From the human T2T-CHM13v2.0 reference genome, Homo sapiens: DNA of 64,000 nucleotides. The number at the start of each line of letters is the position of its first letter. Within the stretch, counting starts at the first letter, position 1. The notes beneath the pieces are model-generated. The model was given only the letters and a program-made list of their open reading frames with translations, was not told the DNA's origin and made no database searches. Below are positions 15,900 to 29,021 of this stretch, in pieces. The stretch lies in NCBI RefSeq assembly GCF_009914755.1, contig NC_060926.1; one strand, 5' to 3'. Made by a program: the position numbers and the translations under genes.

Positions 15900-17164
15900 G
15901 TGAGTATTAAGAAGATTTAGAAAAACACCTTTCAAGATGAACATGATGGGATTCTGTGAAGAAAGAAAAGTGGAGTGCTGTATCTTTTGCATTGCTTGGT
16001 AGAGTTTTAACACGTAGGAGAAAAGGTGTGATAAGTGTATTGAGAAGCGTTCTTCCTCCCTCCTTTGCAAGCGCAATTAAAAATGTCACCAGTGACTAAA
16101 ACTAGTGCACTGCATATATTTTATCTTCATAGAGGTCAGAACTGTTAATAAAAGTTAAAGGAATTTACATATTGTCTTTTCATTAAGTAGGGTGGATTGC
16201 TTTTAAACTCTCCTTAAGTAATGAGAGATTTGATTTAATATTGTCAGTGATACATGAAAGAAATGTAAGGCGTAATCTTGCAGTTATTTTGAAAAATGCT
16301 CCCAATTCCTCTTAAGAGTATAATGCTCAAAAAAGCCTTTTTTTTTGTTTTGTTGCAGAGAGAATGCCCTTTTCTCTTTTTCATTTTTGTTTATCTCCCT
16401 GAGACCCACTTCACTACCCCCCATTGGTTTTCTGAAGCATTTTCACTTTAGAGCAATATGAGGCTCTTCCAGACTGATTGGGTTTAGAGGTGCTGCCAGT
16501 TAATCTATGAATAATACCCTGGGGGAAAAGGCTTAGCTGCTTAGGGAAGTACACGTGCTTGTTTAAGTAATGGGACCCTAGGAGCCACGAGAAATTAGAG
16601 CCCAGAGGCTAGAACTTGATGTCCCACTGTGGATAGGCAGGTCATTTGTTTACCTTCTGGCATGAAGGTATTGGCAAGCTTCACAGAGATCTGAAATTTC
16701 ATGGGAGAAACCTGGCTCATCCTGAGGACTGTTAGGTACTGTTGAGAGGGTTGGGTGGGGCTGTTTTTCTCCCTTCCTCAAAACCATCACCAATTTTGAG
16801 AATTTTGAAGGTCTTCTTGCTTGAGTAGCTGAAGGAGTTTAAGGGCAGTCAGTTTATGCTCCAGTTTATTGAAGATATTCAAGAGTTCTTAGGCAGAATG
16901 GAAGAAGCTGCTAAGAAGAAACACCCAGGACATAAAGGATTCTGAAGGGGGAGAGGTGTCCAAATCAGTGTCGAGATGTTGGTGAGTGGAAGAACATGAT
17001 ACAGAGAAGCAAGGGAAGGAGAAAACAATCTGAGCCCTGGGAATTATACAGCAGGTATGGTTATACACAAGACGCTCTGTAGACGTGAGGTGGAAATATC
17101 AGTACTTCCCTGTTTTCTCTAAAAATAAAAAAGCTTTAGTAATACTTATACAGGTTAACACTAG

Positions 17165-17514
<350 letters not shown>

Positions 17515-18580
17515 GAGAATAAACTTTTTAAATTATTAATTTATCTGTTTTTACTCATAAAGTGTGCAACCAAAATGGTGATCATTGTTCTCAGAAACAA
17601 AAGAAAGGGTTTCAGGTGCTGGCAGGCACTAGGACATTTGTCCCTGCTCTTAGGGGTGAGGGAGACAGGGCAGTGCTCGATGGCCTTCTGCCAAGGGGCC
17701 AGAGTTGATTGTGTGTTGTGCTGTTGTTAACCTGGAGACATGGTGTGTTCTGAGACACGTGTGTTGAGAAAGTATGTTTCTTGAGATTCATCAAACTCTG
17801 CTCCATGTCCTTGCTTGTTCGTATGGAAATAAATGATACTTTGAGAAGAAATGTGGATAATCTAGTCAGAGATGATGGACATTCTTGGGTAGAAACTTGA
17901 AGGCCTTGGAGGGCACGTTTGGCCCCTGTGAGTGAAAGCAAGCTGGGAGAGGAGAAGGAACAGATTTTTCTCGATCACGTATAGAAATGGTAGTGAGGAA
18001 TGCGTTTCATCCCGAGGAAGACATGGCAGAAAGGGGGAGGGAAGCAGCTCTGTCTTCAGAACACTGTATGTCCAGTGCCAAGAATGAGCTTGAGATTTTA
18101 CCATGGTCGTCAGAGGGACCTGATAGGCATGAGGCGTTGATTCTCCTTCACTCTGCGGATGTGTACATCCCGCCTGGGATCTGTCTCCTGTCCTGTTGTT
18201 ACCAACTCACTTAACTCTTCTCCATGTTACCACCAGGGCCTGCTCAGAAATCCTCACTGGGTCCTGTCTGTAGAATCTGGCTCATTGGCATGGTTTGGTC
18301 AGCCCAAATTTGATTGTCTTTAGGCAAAACTGATACCATCCAGTTGGCCACAGGTCTGTCCTCTCACATCATGTGCTTGGGTTTGTTTTCTGCCTGTCCC
18401 TTAAAGCTTTCGAATTCTCAAACACAGAATGAAGTCCAGATTTATTGGCCTAGCATTCGAAGACCTACACGATTGGCTCTTGTGTTTCCCTGACTTTTTT
18501 TTCATGGCAATATCCTCACAGGTGATTGCAGTTCTCTAAACTGTATGCTTTTCAGGAGTATAAAAAGTAACAAACAGTTT

Positions 18581-19044
18581 GGCCAGGCACAGTGGCTCAT
18601 GCCTATAATCTCAACACTTTGGGAGGCTGAGGTGGGAGGATCACTTGAGGTCAGGAGATCGAGATCATCTTGGCCAACATGGTGAAAGCCCCTGTCTGTT
18701 AAACTACAAAAAATTAGCCAGGTGTGGTGGCTTGCACCTGTAGTCCCAGCTACTCAGGAGGCTGAGGCAGGGGAATCACTTGAACCTGGGAGGCAGGGGT
18801 TTCATTGAGCCAAGATCATGCCACTGCACTCTATCCTGGCAACAGAGTAAGACTCCGTCTCAAAAAAAAAAAAAAAAATACAAAAATTAGCTGGGCATGG
18901 TGGCAGGCACCTGTAATCCCAGCTACTTGCGATGCTGAGGCAGGAGGATCACTTGAACCTGGGGGGCAGAGGTTGCAGTGAGCCTAGATTGCTCCACTGC
19001 ATTCCAGCCTGGGTGACAGCAAGACTCTGTTTCAAAAAAAAAAA
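18581..19044 (+). mobile_element. Trimeric (left-right-right arm) chimeric Alu
   Basis: Full dimer with A-tail at ~18862-18878, then TACAAAAATTAGC and a second right arm with its own A-tail. Confidence 0.9.
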
Positions 19045-19637
19045 GTAATATATATATTTTTCTCAGATGACGATCTCTGCGTTTCCTTTTCTGTGTGCCT
19101 ATCTTTCAAGCTGGCAGAAATGTCATTTCCCCACTAATGTGTCTTTCTTGAGGCTTTAAGGGAGAAGAGACGTCTTCCTCTTAGCTGATTCTGTACTGTA
19201 TACAGTCTTTATTGTAGTATTTATAACATTTTACTGATTATTATGTACAAATACCTAGAACATAGCCCCATGCCTGCCATTTCATAGGTGGCCAATAAAT
19301 ATTTTTGAATGAGTAAACAGAGCTCTCAAACATACCATAATTCTAAGTGTCTCAATTCTCTGGCTTTTGAGCTTTGACATACCTTGAATCAAATAAATCA
19401 TTCTTATTAGAACGTTAAGTGTTTACCCAACCCATTAATTTTTGGTTTAGATGTTGAATCCATTATTTACTTGTTTCTTTAAAAGCTTTTTTGTTTATGA
19501 AAGTTGTACAATATTTGAAAAATGAAGAAAAACCAAATGTAAAAAGGTCATCTGTAATTTTGTTACCTAGATGAGATTATCACTGTTAGCATTTGGTATA
19601 CACTTTTCCAATTGTTTTCCTAATGCATGTGTCTGAA

Positions 19638-19935
19638 TTTTTTTTTTTTTTTGAGACAGAGTTTCGCTCTTGTTGCCCAAGCTGGAGTGCAATGGTGTGA
19701 TCTTGGTCACTGCAACCTCTGCCTCCTGGGTTTAAGTGATTCTCCTGCCTCAGCCTCCTGAGTAGCCAGGATTACAGGCTCATACCACCATGCCTAGCTA
19801 ATTTTTTGTATTTTTAGTAGAAACGGGGTTTCACCATGTTAGCCAGGCTGGTCTCGAATTCCTGACCTCAGGTGATCCACCTGCCTCAGCCTCCCAAAAT
19901 TCAGGGATTACAGGTGTGCACCACTGTGCCTGGCC
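19638..19935 (-). mobile_element. AluS (Sq/Sp-like)
   Basis: Full dimer; TSD ATGTGTCTGAATTTTT on both sides. Confidence 0.93.
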
Positions 19936-20251
19936 ATGTGTCTGAATTTTTAAGCAAAGGGAGATGAATCATATTCCATATGCCCATTTCAAAGCTTTCC
20001 CCTGTATATCGTGCTCATATTCCCATATTGTTTAATAGCTTCCTTCAGCGTGACTTTTGCAATGTTTTTAAAGACTGTGCTGTGATACGAAAACATTTTT
20101 ATGGCACAATAATAAATGAAAAAAATCAGAATTTAACTAGTAATAGATGCCAGACTTCTAAAACATGTATTGAACTCTCCTCTTCCTTACTCCCTTCCCA
20201 ATACTTCCTATCTCTTTCTCTGCATATATGTGTGTGTGAGTGTGTTTTTCA

Positions 20252-20550
20252 ATATTTATTTATTTATTTGACAGAGTCTTGCTCTGTCGCCCAGGCTGGA
20301 GAGCAGTGGCACTATCTCAGCTCACTGAAACCTCTGCCTCCCGAGTTCAAGCGATTATCATGCCTCAGCCTCTCGAGTAGCTGGGATTACAGGCACCTGC
20401 CACTGTGCCCTTCTAAGTTTTGTATTTTTTGTACAGCCAGGGTTTCACCATGCTGGCCAGGCTGGTCTGAAACTCCTGGCCTTAAGTGATCTGCCTGCCT
20501 CAGCCTCCCCAGGTGCTGGGATTATAGGCATGAGCCACTGCGCCCAGCCT
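20252..20550 (-). mobile_element. AluJ/S
   Basis: (TTTA)n tail, diverged dimer. Confidence 0.88.
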
Positions 20551-20894
20551 CTTTTTTTCAGTTTATGCATTAAAGGTCTTTATTTGCAGTTTATTTTAAT
20601 ATAGAGGAGTGGTGAGAGTCATATCCTTTTTCTCAGTTAATTTTTACAGCACTCCTGATTCAATGTTCCCTCCTTTTTCACTGCTTTGAAGTTTTACTTT
20701 TTAATCACATGTAAAATAATTATGTCTATTTTTCATTTTTCTAGAATATGTTTTCTATGTCATTTAAAACTACATTCTTACGACAGAGCCACATTGTTTT
20801 AACTATTTTAACTTTATAATTTAACCTAATGGCGGCGTAAACCTTGCCTCATTATTTTTCAGCCTTTTCTTAATTGCCAGTACCCATTCTGTTT

Positions 20895-21125
20895 GTGAAG
20901 AGAGCCTGGCCTTTGTGCTTATACAGCCATGGATCTGAGCCTCATCTTTGCTCTTTTCATCTCTCTGACCTTAGGCACATAGCTTAGTTTTTCTGAACCT
21001 CAGATTCTTCTTCCATTATAAGGAGGTAATAATCCCATCTTCCCTGGTTTGGGTGAGATCGAAAGAGATAACGTATGTGAAGTGTTAGGTACCTAGTAAG
21101 TGTTCAGGAAATGATAGCTATTGTC
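20895..21125 (+). mobile_element. MIR
   Basis: TGACCTTAGGCA...TCTGAACCTCAG...GAGATAACGTATGTGAAGTG core. Confidence 0.7.
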
Positions 21126-22134
21126 ATCATTCCTATGAAAATTACAGTAATTTTGTCAGGTTACAAAAAACATCCATTTGGGGAGAATTAACCTATATAC
21201 ATTTCTCTTTAGTAACAGAGCTCTTCCATGTATGTTCTTCAGTAAAGATGTATGCTTTTTCTTATAGGTATTACATGTTTCTTTATTAAATTTATTATTG
21301 TATTTGTGCATTTGACATGTAAATAATTTAAGACTATTTTCTAATTAGAATTCTATCACTTACTGGCAGATGTGGCTTAGAATAAATCTCTGAGCCTCAG
21401 TTTTCCTATCCATTAAAATTAGTCATCTTCCTTTCTTATAGAGTGGTTAATAGGAACAAATGAGACATTGTGTGTGACAGTGTATTAAAAATATAGAAAG
21501 TGAAATGAAATATGAAATAAGTAAGACCCAGATTCTGTTCACAACAAGATCCTGTGTAGTGTTAGTAACAAGTTCTGTGTTGAATATCCTGTGGGGTAGG
21601 GAGAGGGGTTTCTTTTGGAGGAGAGGTGGCATGGGATAGAGGATGGAAGGCACCAGGTAGTTTTGATGGTTTCTTTCTGGCCGTTTTAGAAGGTCTCAGC
21701 TCAGGGAGCGACAAGACCCTGGTCATGTTTCTATTGTGGGTGAATATCAGGGTCAAGCTACTTGCAGTGGACAGTGCAGGCAGCTCTGGGGCAATATAGC
21801 CTTGAGGCCTTGGATGAGTGCACTGGGGAGTCCCATGCCTCATTATCAGGTTGTGGTGGTGGTGAGTGCTAGGAGACGTTCTTGCACACTGTAAGGAATG
21901 TTATGTTGTAGGGAGAAGGAGAGGCAGCTGCTCAAGGCACCTCAGACCCTCGTTAGTGTTAGTGGCTGGGAGGGTGCTAAACCTTTAACCGTAACTGGAG
22001 TTCATACATAGAACATACATACATATGTGTATAGATATTTCCAAAGTTGTAGATTTACAGTTTTTAAAATTTGTTTGCATATGAAAAAATATTTTTTAAA
22101 GTGAACAAAAAATAATTTAAATTTACTACACTGT

Positions 22135-22240
22135 CAAAATACTAGATTCTTTTTGCTTTATTTGATAATATTGATAGCAATTAAAACAGCCAAAATACTA
22201 GATTCTTTTTGCGTTATTTGATAATACTGGTAGAAATTAA
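22135..22240. repeat. Diverged 56-bp-period tandem duplication
   Basis: CAAAATACTAGATTCTTTTTGC(T/G)TTATTTGATAATA at 22135 and 22191. Confidence 0.9.
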
Positions 22241-22421
22241 TTAGGTATAAGTGTATTTTTTCTAATTGCTATTTTACTGAAAGCATATATATGTATGTGT
22301 GTGTGTGTGTGTGTGTACACATGTATATATATATATATGGCAAATGAAATCTTAAATCCAGAATGGGGTAGTCTTAAAATAGCGCAAAAGACAAAAACTT
22401 TTAAAATGTTAAACAGAAGTA

Positions 22422-22855
22422 CAGTTGAACTTTGAGTAATGAGTGCAGGGGTTAGGAGTGCCATCCCCTGCTTGCCTGCAACAGTTGAAAATCAGTGTGT
22501 AACTTTGGACTCCCCCAAAACTTAACTACTGATAGCCTATTGTTGACTGGAAGCCTTACCTATAACATAAACAGCTGATTAATACATATTTTGTATGTTA
22601 CATATAGTATGTACTGTATTTTTACTATAAAGAGAAAAAAATGTTAAAGTCATAGGGAAAATATATTTACTATTCCTGAAATAGAAGCGGATCATCATAA
22701 AGATCTTCTTCTTCATTGTCCTCACTTTGTGCAGGCTGAGGAGAAGGAGGAAGAGAAGGGGTTGGTCTTGTTGTCCCAGGTGGCGGAGGTGGAAGAAACT
22801 TCTGTGTATGCGTGGACCCACGTACTTCAAACCTGTGTAGTTCATGGGTCAACTG
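22422..22855 (+). mobile_element. Tigger2a/MER28-like Tc1/mariner MITE, full length (434 bp)
   Basis: TA|CAGTTGAACTTTGA ... TCATGGGTCAACTG|TA terminal inverted repeats with TA target duplication. Confidence 0.85.
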
Positions 22856-23026
22856 TATACTCTAAAACTGCTATTTAAAATTTAAAAATCAAGTTGTGAC
22901 CATAAAGTATTCTCTTTTGGGAACTGAGTGAATGAATTCTGAATCTGGCAGTGGAAATGAATATGATGCATTGCATTACGTGGCTTCAGCACTAAATAAT
23001 TTTTCCCACTTTTCCCTTCCGCACAG

Positions 23027-23348
23027 ATCGAAAGCTGCTTTGCGTCGCAGTTGGAGCAGCACCCCCACCGCAGGTGGCATTGAAGGGAGCGTGAAGCTGC
23101 ACGAGGGGTCTCAGGTCCTGCTCACGAGCTCCAATGAGATGGGTACTGTTAGGTATGTGGGCCCCACTGACTTTGCTTCAGGTATCTGGCTTGGACTTGA
23201 GCTCCGAAGCGCCAAGGGAAAAAATGATGGGTCAGTGGGTGACAAGCGCTATTTCACCTGTAAGCCGAACCATGGAGTCTTAGTTCGACCGAGCAGAGTG
23301 ACCTATCGGGGAATTAATGGGTCAAAACTTGTGGATGAGAATTGTTAA
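23027..23348 (+). CDS. CLIP4: CLIP4 terminal coding exon with C-terminal CAP-Gly domain (..GLELRSAKGKNDGSVGDKRYFTCKPNHGVLVRPSRV..DENC*)
   Basis: Pyrimidine tract + GCACAG| acceptor at 23026; GKNDG motif; stop TAA at 23346-23348. Confidence 0.96.
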
Positions 23349-23902
23349 GCTTCTAAAATATTAAATAAGCTCAAATATATATATTTGGTGTAAATAAAGA
23401 GTCCATGGTAAATGGTTTACTTTATTTAGCCATATTAAAATTTTGAAAATATAGTTATCTTCTTAAAAACCATTATAACAATTCAGAGAGAGTTCTTTAC
23501 AAAGCCATGAATATGAACTATGGGGAATCATGGTTCTTTTAAAGCAATTTTCAAAATAAGTACCAATTAAAGCTTTAGGTTCCAAGAAGATTCTGGGACT
23601 CAGGAAGAAAAAGTGCCATCAGGTGACCAGCTGTTGCATTTCTTGCTTATTCTGTTTTGTTTTTGCACATCATAATGGATTTTTCTTAGTGCCCTAATTG
23701 TGAAGGGTTTCTCTAGCTTTGGTTATGTGTAATGTTCACGTGACCTTTTTTTGTCAATCATTTTTGGAATTTTTCTTTCTTTCTGTGCTTTATTACTAAT
23801 AAGTCCAATGAGTGAGTAGTAGCTAGATGACTAGTATGTAGTTTTATATTTTGGTAAAATTATTTGCCCTTTCAGAAATGCCTCATCTAAAGATACATGA
23901 TA

Positions 23903-24072
23903 ATTTTGGAGTTGGAAGGGGCCTTAGAGGCTCTCCAGCTCTGCTTCTTGCCCATTGCCAAATACTGAAATGGAAGCCCGTCTTACCTGGGGTCACTAAC
24001 TGGTTGGTTAACTGAGCTAAGAATAGACTGTGGGTCTCCTCACTTGTGGCCCAGTGCTCTTTCTGCTATACA
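23903..24072 (-). mobile_element. MIR/MIR3 remnant inside the CLIP4 3'UTR
   Basis: GAGTTGGAAGGGGCCTTAGAG...CCCAGTGCTCTTTCTGCTATAC. Confidence 0.6.
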
Positions 24073-25233
24073 AAATGTCTAATCTCAGATTTTTCTTCTG
24101 CTGCTTGACTGCTTCATCTGGATGAACTACAAAAAACCCATGATTAAGGTTTATGAATTCAAGTAATAATTAGATTTTTTTTGCACAGACTTACTTAACT
24201 TCCTTATTGGATATGTTTGTAACACATAAACACAAAGCACTTTTCAAACATGATGCACTTTTATCTTTGTGAATAATTTACTGTCCTTTCCTCCTGGGAT
24301 ATGAGAAACATTTTAAAAAACGTATTTAACAGAAGAGAGCAAATAAAGATATATCAGGAAGGATGTATTAGTTATTTACTTAAATGTTTATAATATCTGG
24401 ATTTTTTTTGTTTTGTTACTCATAGAACTGGTGTTGTTTGCTGTTTTTATTTCTCTAATTGTTGCAGAGTTCTGCCTGTTACAAAGCTACAGAACTGTAT
24501 TGTTTTTATTTTCCTTCTTGAGCACATGTTAACAAACTAAGCTTCACATTAGAGTGATGTCATAATGTAAAATGTTTGCATTGTGGTTAGGTATTGAAGT
24601 TTATGTCCTGTCTGTGTAAAGATTCATCTTTTATTGTAAATATTTAGACTTTACCACAGAAATATTGGAACAGTTTGCTTTATAAGATTAAAAAGCATCC
24701 TTCAGAATGGAGCTTGCCTTGTGCTTAGAAATAATATGTTGAACTATTTTGCAATATACTATTTTAAATCTAAATTCTGTCACTTCGCTGCCTTTTTAAA
24801 ATAGTGTGGTATTTCAAATATTGCTAGAGCTATTTTCCTGAAATACATTTGCAAAATAAGGCTGCTTTGTAATCAAGGAATATTTTTATTGATTGAAGGA
24901 AATGACTGTACTGCGATTCAAAAGTAAACTTATTTTATTATACAGATTATTTCTTAAAAACTCTATTTATACCTTAACATGAAATCCATGACCACACCAA
25001 ACTTGGTTATTCATAATTTTTCCTGTTAAATATAAAACACTGTAAGTTAAAAACAGTAATGCCAACATTGAATTTATTTTTGAGGTCAAAGAACCAGTTG
25101 TTCTCTTTATATTTAGATGAGGATGATTGAGTCCATATACTATGTATGTTTACATATACTATACATGCACATTAGGTGTTTTCATTTGTGTTTTGCTTAT
25201 GAAATGTCATTTAAAGTTCACTTCTTGAGCATC

Positions 25234-25239
25234 AATAAA
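25234..25239 (+). terminator. Distal CLIP4 polyadenylation signal AATAAA
   Basis: AATAAA followed by TGTGTGGTTTTG and TCTTGTC GU/U-rich sequence. Confidence 0.7.
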
Positions 25240-26340
25240 AAGGGAAGCTGTGTGGTTTTGGAATGGTATCTTGTCATTTACCCTATTTGCAACTCTGCTT
25301 TTCTCAGTAACTCAGGGTGCATATGCTTTGAACTTTTTCCTCACGGTAATGGCTTGGATTTGTCCTGTCCCTATAAAGAGTATTAAAAAGTATCATGCTT
25401 TCTACTCAACAGTCTATGTTCATAGCCACCATCCTATTAGTATTGTTTTGATGAATAGTGAGTCATTTAAGAAAAGAACGTATTTCTACAGTTGGGATTT
25501 CACTTGTTTATTTAGGGTAGGATGGAACACTTTGAATTTAGATTAAAAAATAGAAATAATTAGCTGCCTTTTACTAAAAAACTTTGTTTTTATATTTAGG
25601 GTGATTTGGGGGGAATATTTTTAAGTATGTAAGAATGTTGAGTACTGCTGTTTGCTAACTGTGAACTCTGGTGTTGTAATCTTGTTGTGAGTCTCTGGCA
25701 CCTCCTCCCAAGAGCTCCTTGTTTCCCTCTCATGTTTTATTTTTCTCTTTAGCATTTGGTCATGCTTATTACTGATTACAACTTCTTGCTTATTATTTCT
25801 TTCTTCCTTCACGAGATTGAGGAGTGGATTTTTGACTGTTTTGTTCACCACTTTATCCCCAACACCTAGAATAATACTTGGTACCTAGTAGATGCTCGGT
25901 TTTGTTGAGTGAACAAAGGCAGTAAAGGCCATTGATTGTTGGAAATAGAGATAGTATCTAGCTAGCTTCACACAAGGGGCCTTGCAAGACTAGGCCACAG
26001 AACAGGTAAATTTTCTTAGACACGAAAGGAGGAAGGAGGACAAGAAAAGTTTGAATCCAGGAGCCCAACTTACCCCTGAAGAGTGCCGTGTAAGAGACAA
26101 CAGATGCTGAGTGGCGCAGCAGTAGGGAATGGGGAGGAAAGACGCAGCAGGACCACCTGGGGCAGCTCCCTTTCCCTTCTGCCTGGGGCTAACTTTGAAT
26201 TCCTATTTTAATATGATGATAATTTAGAGAATATGGTAATACATGTGGTCTAATATGGAGAGAATGAACTGGATCATACTCAAGTGGGGATAACGTTGAT
26301 CTCCAGTATTAAATATATATCTCTATCTATCTATATATAT

Positions 26341-26630
<290 letters not shown>

Positions 26631-29021
26631 GTGTTAGATATTTTTATTTCAGAGTTTTATTTTGAGGCTCCCTTTTTAGAATGTGTGATAATATTATTTA
26701 AACCACATCAACCAATGGCTAGAAGCCTATTGTGTTAAAATCATTCTTAATTGAGAAATAGTTCTAGTAATTTTAACTACTTACCAGATGGATATTTGTT
26801 ATCTAAGTAACAAATGACTAAATGACTCAGAGACATATAATATTCATAGCCACATTGCAAGCCAATAGAAGGATTAATTTATTTTTTTCATGCCCTTTCC
26901 TTCACTTATTTATAATACAAATACAGTGGTTAATACAAAACTCACGTTATCGTGTATATTTTTAGTAATTGTTTAGTATCCCTTGGTACACAGGCCTTAT
27001 TTACAAACAATGTCACATATACTGTTTGATTATAAAATAAACATTCCTAATGAAATTTGTGTATGGGCTGAACAAGTTAAGCTTTCAGGACATGTTAATA
27101 GTGTATTATAAGCAGAATATGATGCCTTTGCATAGGCAAAAAGATTTTGTTCTACCATATTTTTTTTGCTAATTCTCCTTTTTATGAGAGGAAAAGTATA
27201 CGTGGTGGAATTTGAGTAGACGAGCACATATTACTGACATTAATATCGTTTCATTATGTGTGGTCAAATGAAACTTTTTGTTTTATAGCTCTCCCTTGAG
27301 AGCAGCCTCAAGGTGTAAGAGAAGCTTTTTCCGTTTATCTTTTTAGAATGTCTTCCAGTGAATAGAATGGTCATGACAATAAATCAGCAGCAAATTTCAT
27401 CATTTACTATACCTTTCAAATAGGGCAAGCGTAGTCGTCATGGTGGTGCTGAGAAGGGGCAGGGCATTCTGAATTATTAAAGATATTTCAGGTGTTTAAA
27501 TTGAGGCTGTTAGCTGAAAACATAATCTGTTCCCAAGGATCACTGGTGTCATTTTTTAAATGCTCATAAATCTGGTTTAAATTCGGCTCTAAAATCTCAC
27601 ATGAACCCAGATATGTGAGTTTGTTGCTACCGTAACCCCAATAGACTCCTGTGTCAGGAGAAATTTGGTCTCAGGATTAGATATGTAGTCAGAGTTGTTT
27701 CAACTGGCTACATAAAATCCAACTGGGATCAGTTGAACTGAGCAAGCTAACTATCCTGTACTGAATTTGAATTTTAGGCATTTCTAAAGCATGGAAGGTT
27801 TAACCATCCAAGTGCTGTGTTCTTGGCCTGTGTCCATCTGGTGGAGGTTAAGTTCTTTCAGTTCCAGCCCTTCATGACTTTATTCCACGTAGACAGACTT
27901 ACCTTATTGAAGACTGAACTAATTATTATTTTTCACCTAACAAATCAAATCAGACTGACATGGAGATGAATCAGGTTAAGATTATATGCACAGCTTCAAG
28001 CCATGCGTTTTGTTCTTTTCTCTAGTATGACTTCTGAGATTCAGCTTGAAACTCAGTCAACAGTGTTAATGACATTGGCTGCCCCTGACAGTTCTTGTCG
28101 TGAAGGGTGGGTGTTACTATCCAGTATCTTTGGGGGGAAAAACCCCTATAATGGATTTTTAAATGAATTTTAATAGTCATAAAAAGTCTTGTATTGATGG
28201 CAAGGGGAAGCGGATTTTGCATTACAGACAATATAGAGCATTACAGAGCAGAAGAATAAAGCGAAAAATTATAGTCACCTTTATTGAACCTGCTAATACA
28301 AATGGATTTCTAATAAGAATTCCAATACATTACATATATTAGTGAAAATACTGTAATTTTTCAGATGATATTTTCTCTTTCTTGAAGGGAATAGAGCTTA
28401 GGGAATTAAGAAATAGCATGAGATTCTTGAGGCCTCACTTTACACCCCCTGGTGTGTGACAAAAGAAAATCCAGTGTAATTTTCTGCTTTAGTTTCTTAT
28501 CCTTTATAAAACATCACCAGCTGTTTCCTGGTACGTACTTGAGGAAAAAGAATTTCTATCTTGAAAATTACTTTATTTCTTCTGAGAACTGTGAAATACT
28601 ATATAAATATTACTTTGAGAATAATGCAAAAAGATTTAAATTGTTTCTTTTCTCAACTATTAGATGCAGTAAAATATAGGAAATTTGCCCACAGTCGTCA
28701 CAATCTTATCTTGGTGGATTGTTTGAATTGGCTATATTTTTGGATTCCCTGTTTCTAGGGATCCATTATAAAGCTATATGGTTCACAACAGATCTCCAAA
28801 AATTGCCATCCAATGGCAGTGGATAGCTCTATAAAACCTGAAGAGAGGGGTTCTATCCAATTCTATGGTGATTGTGAGAGAAGACTCCTGTTCCTCATGA
28901 ATTGCCCATCATAATGGCACTTGGATGCGCTTGTTGAGGAGCGTCAGAATCCACAGGCATCTCCTGCTCTCAAACACCTGGCCTGCTTTAGGCTTTGCCA
29001 CCTCACTTTGGGAATGGGCAC

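Larger units (their letters stand above)
23349..25265 (+). other. CLIP4: CLIP4 3'UTR (end approximate)
   Basis: AT-rich, nearly repeat-free sequence after the stop; AATAAA at 23393, 24342 and 25234; GT/T-rich element follows the distal signal. Confidence 0.75.
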
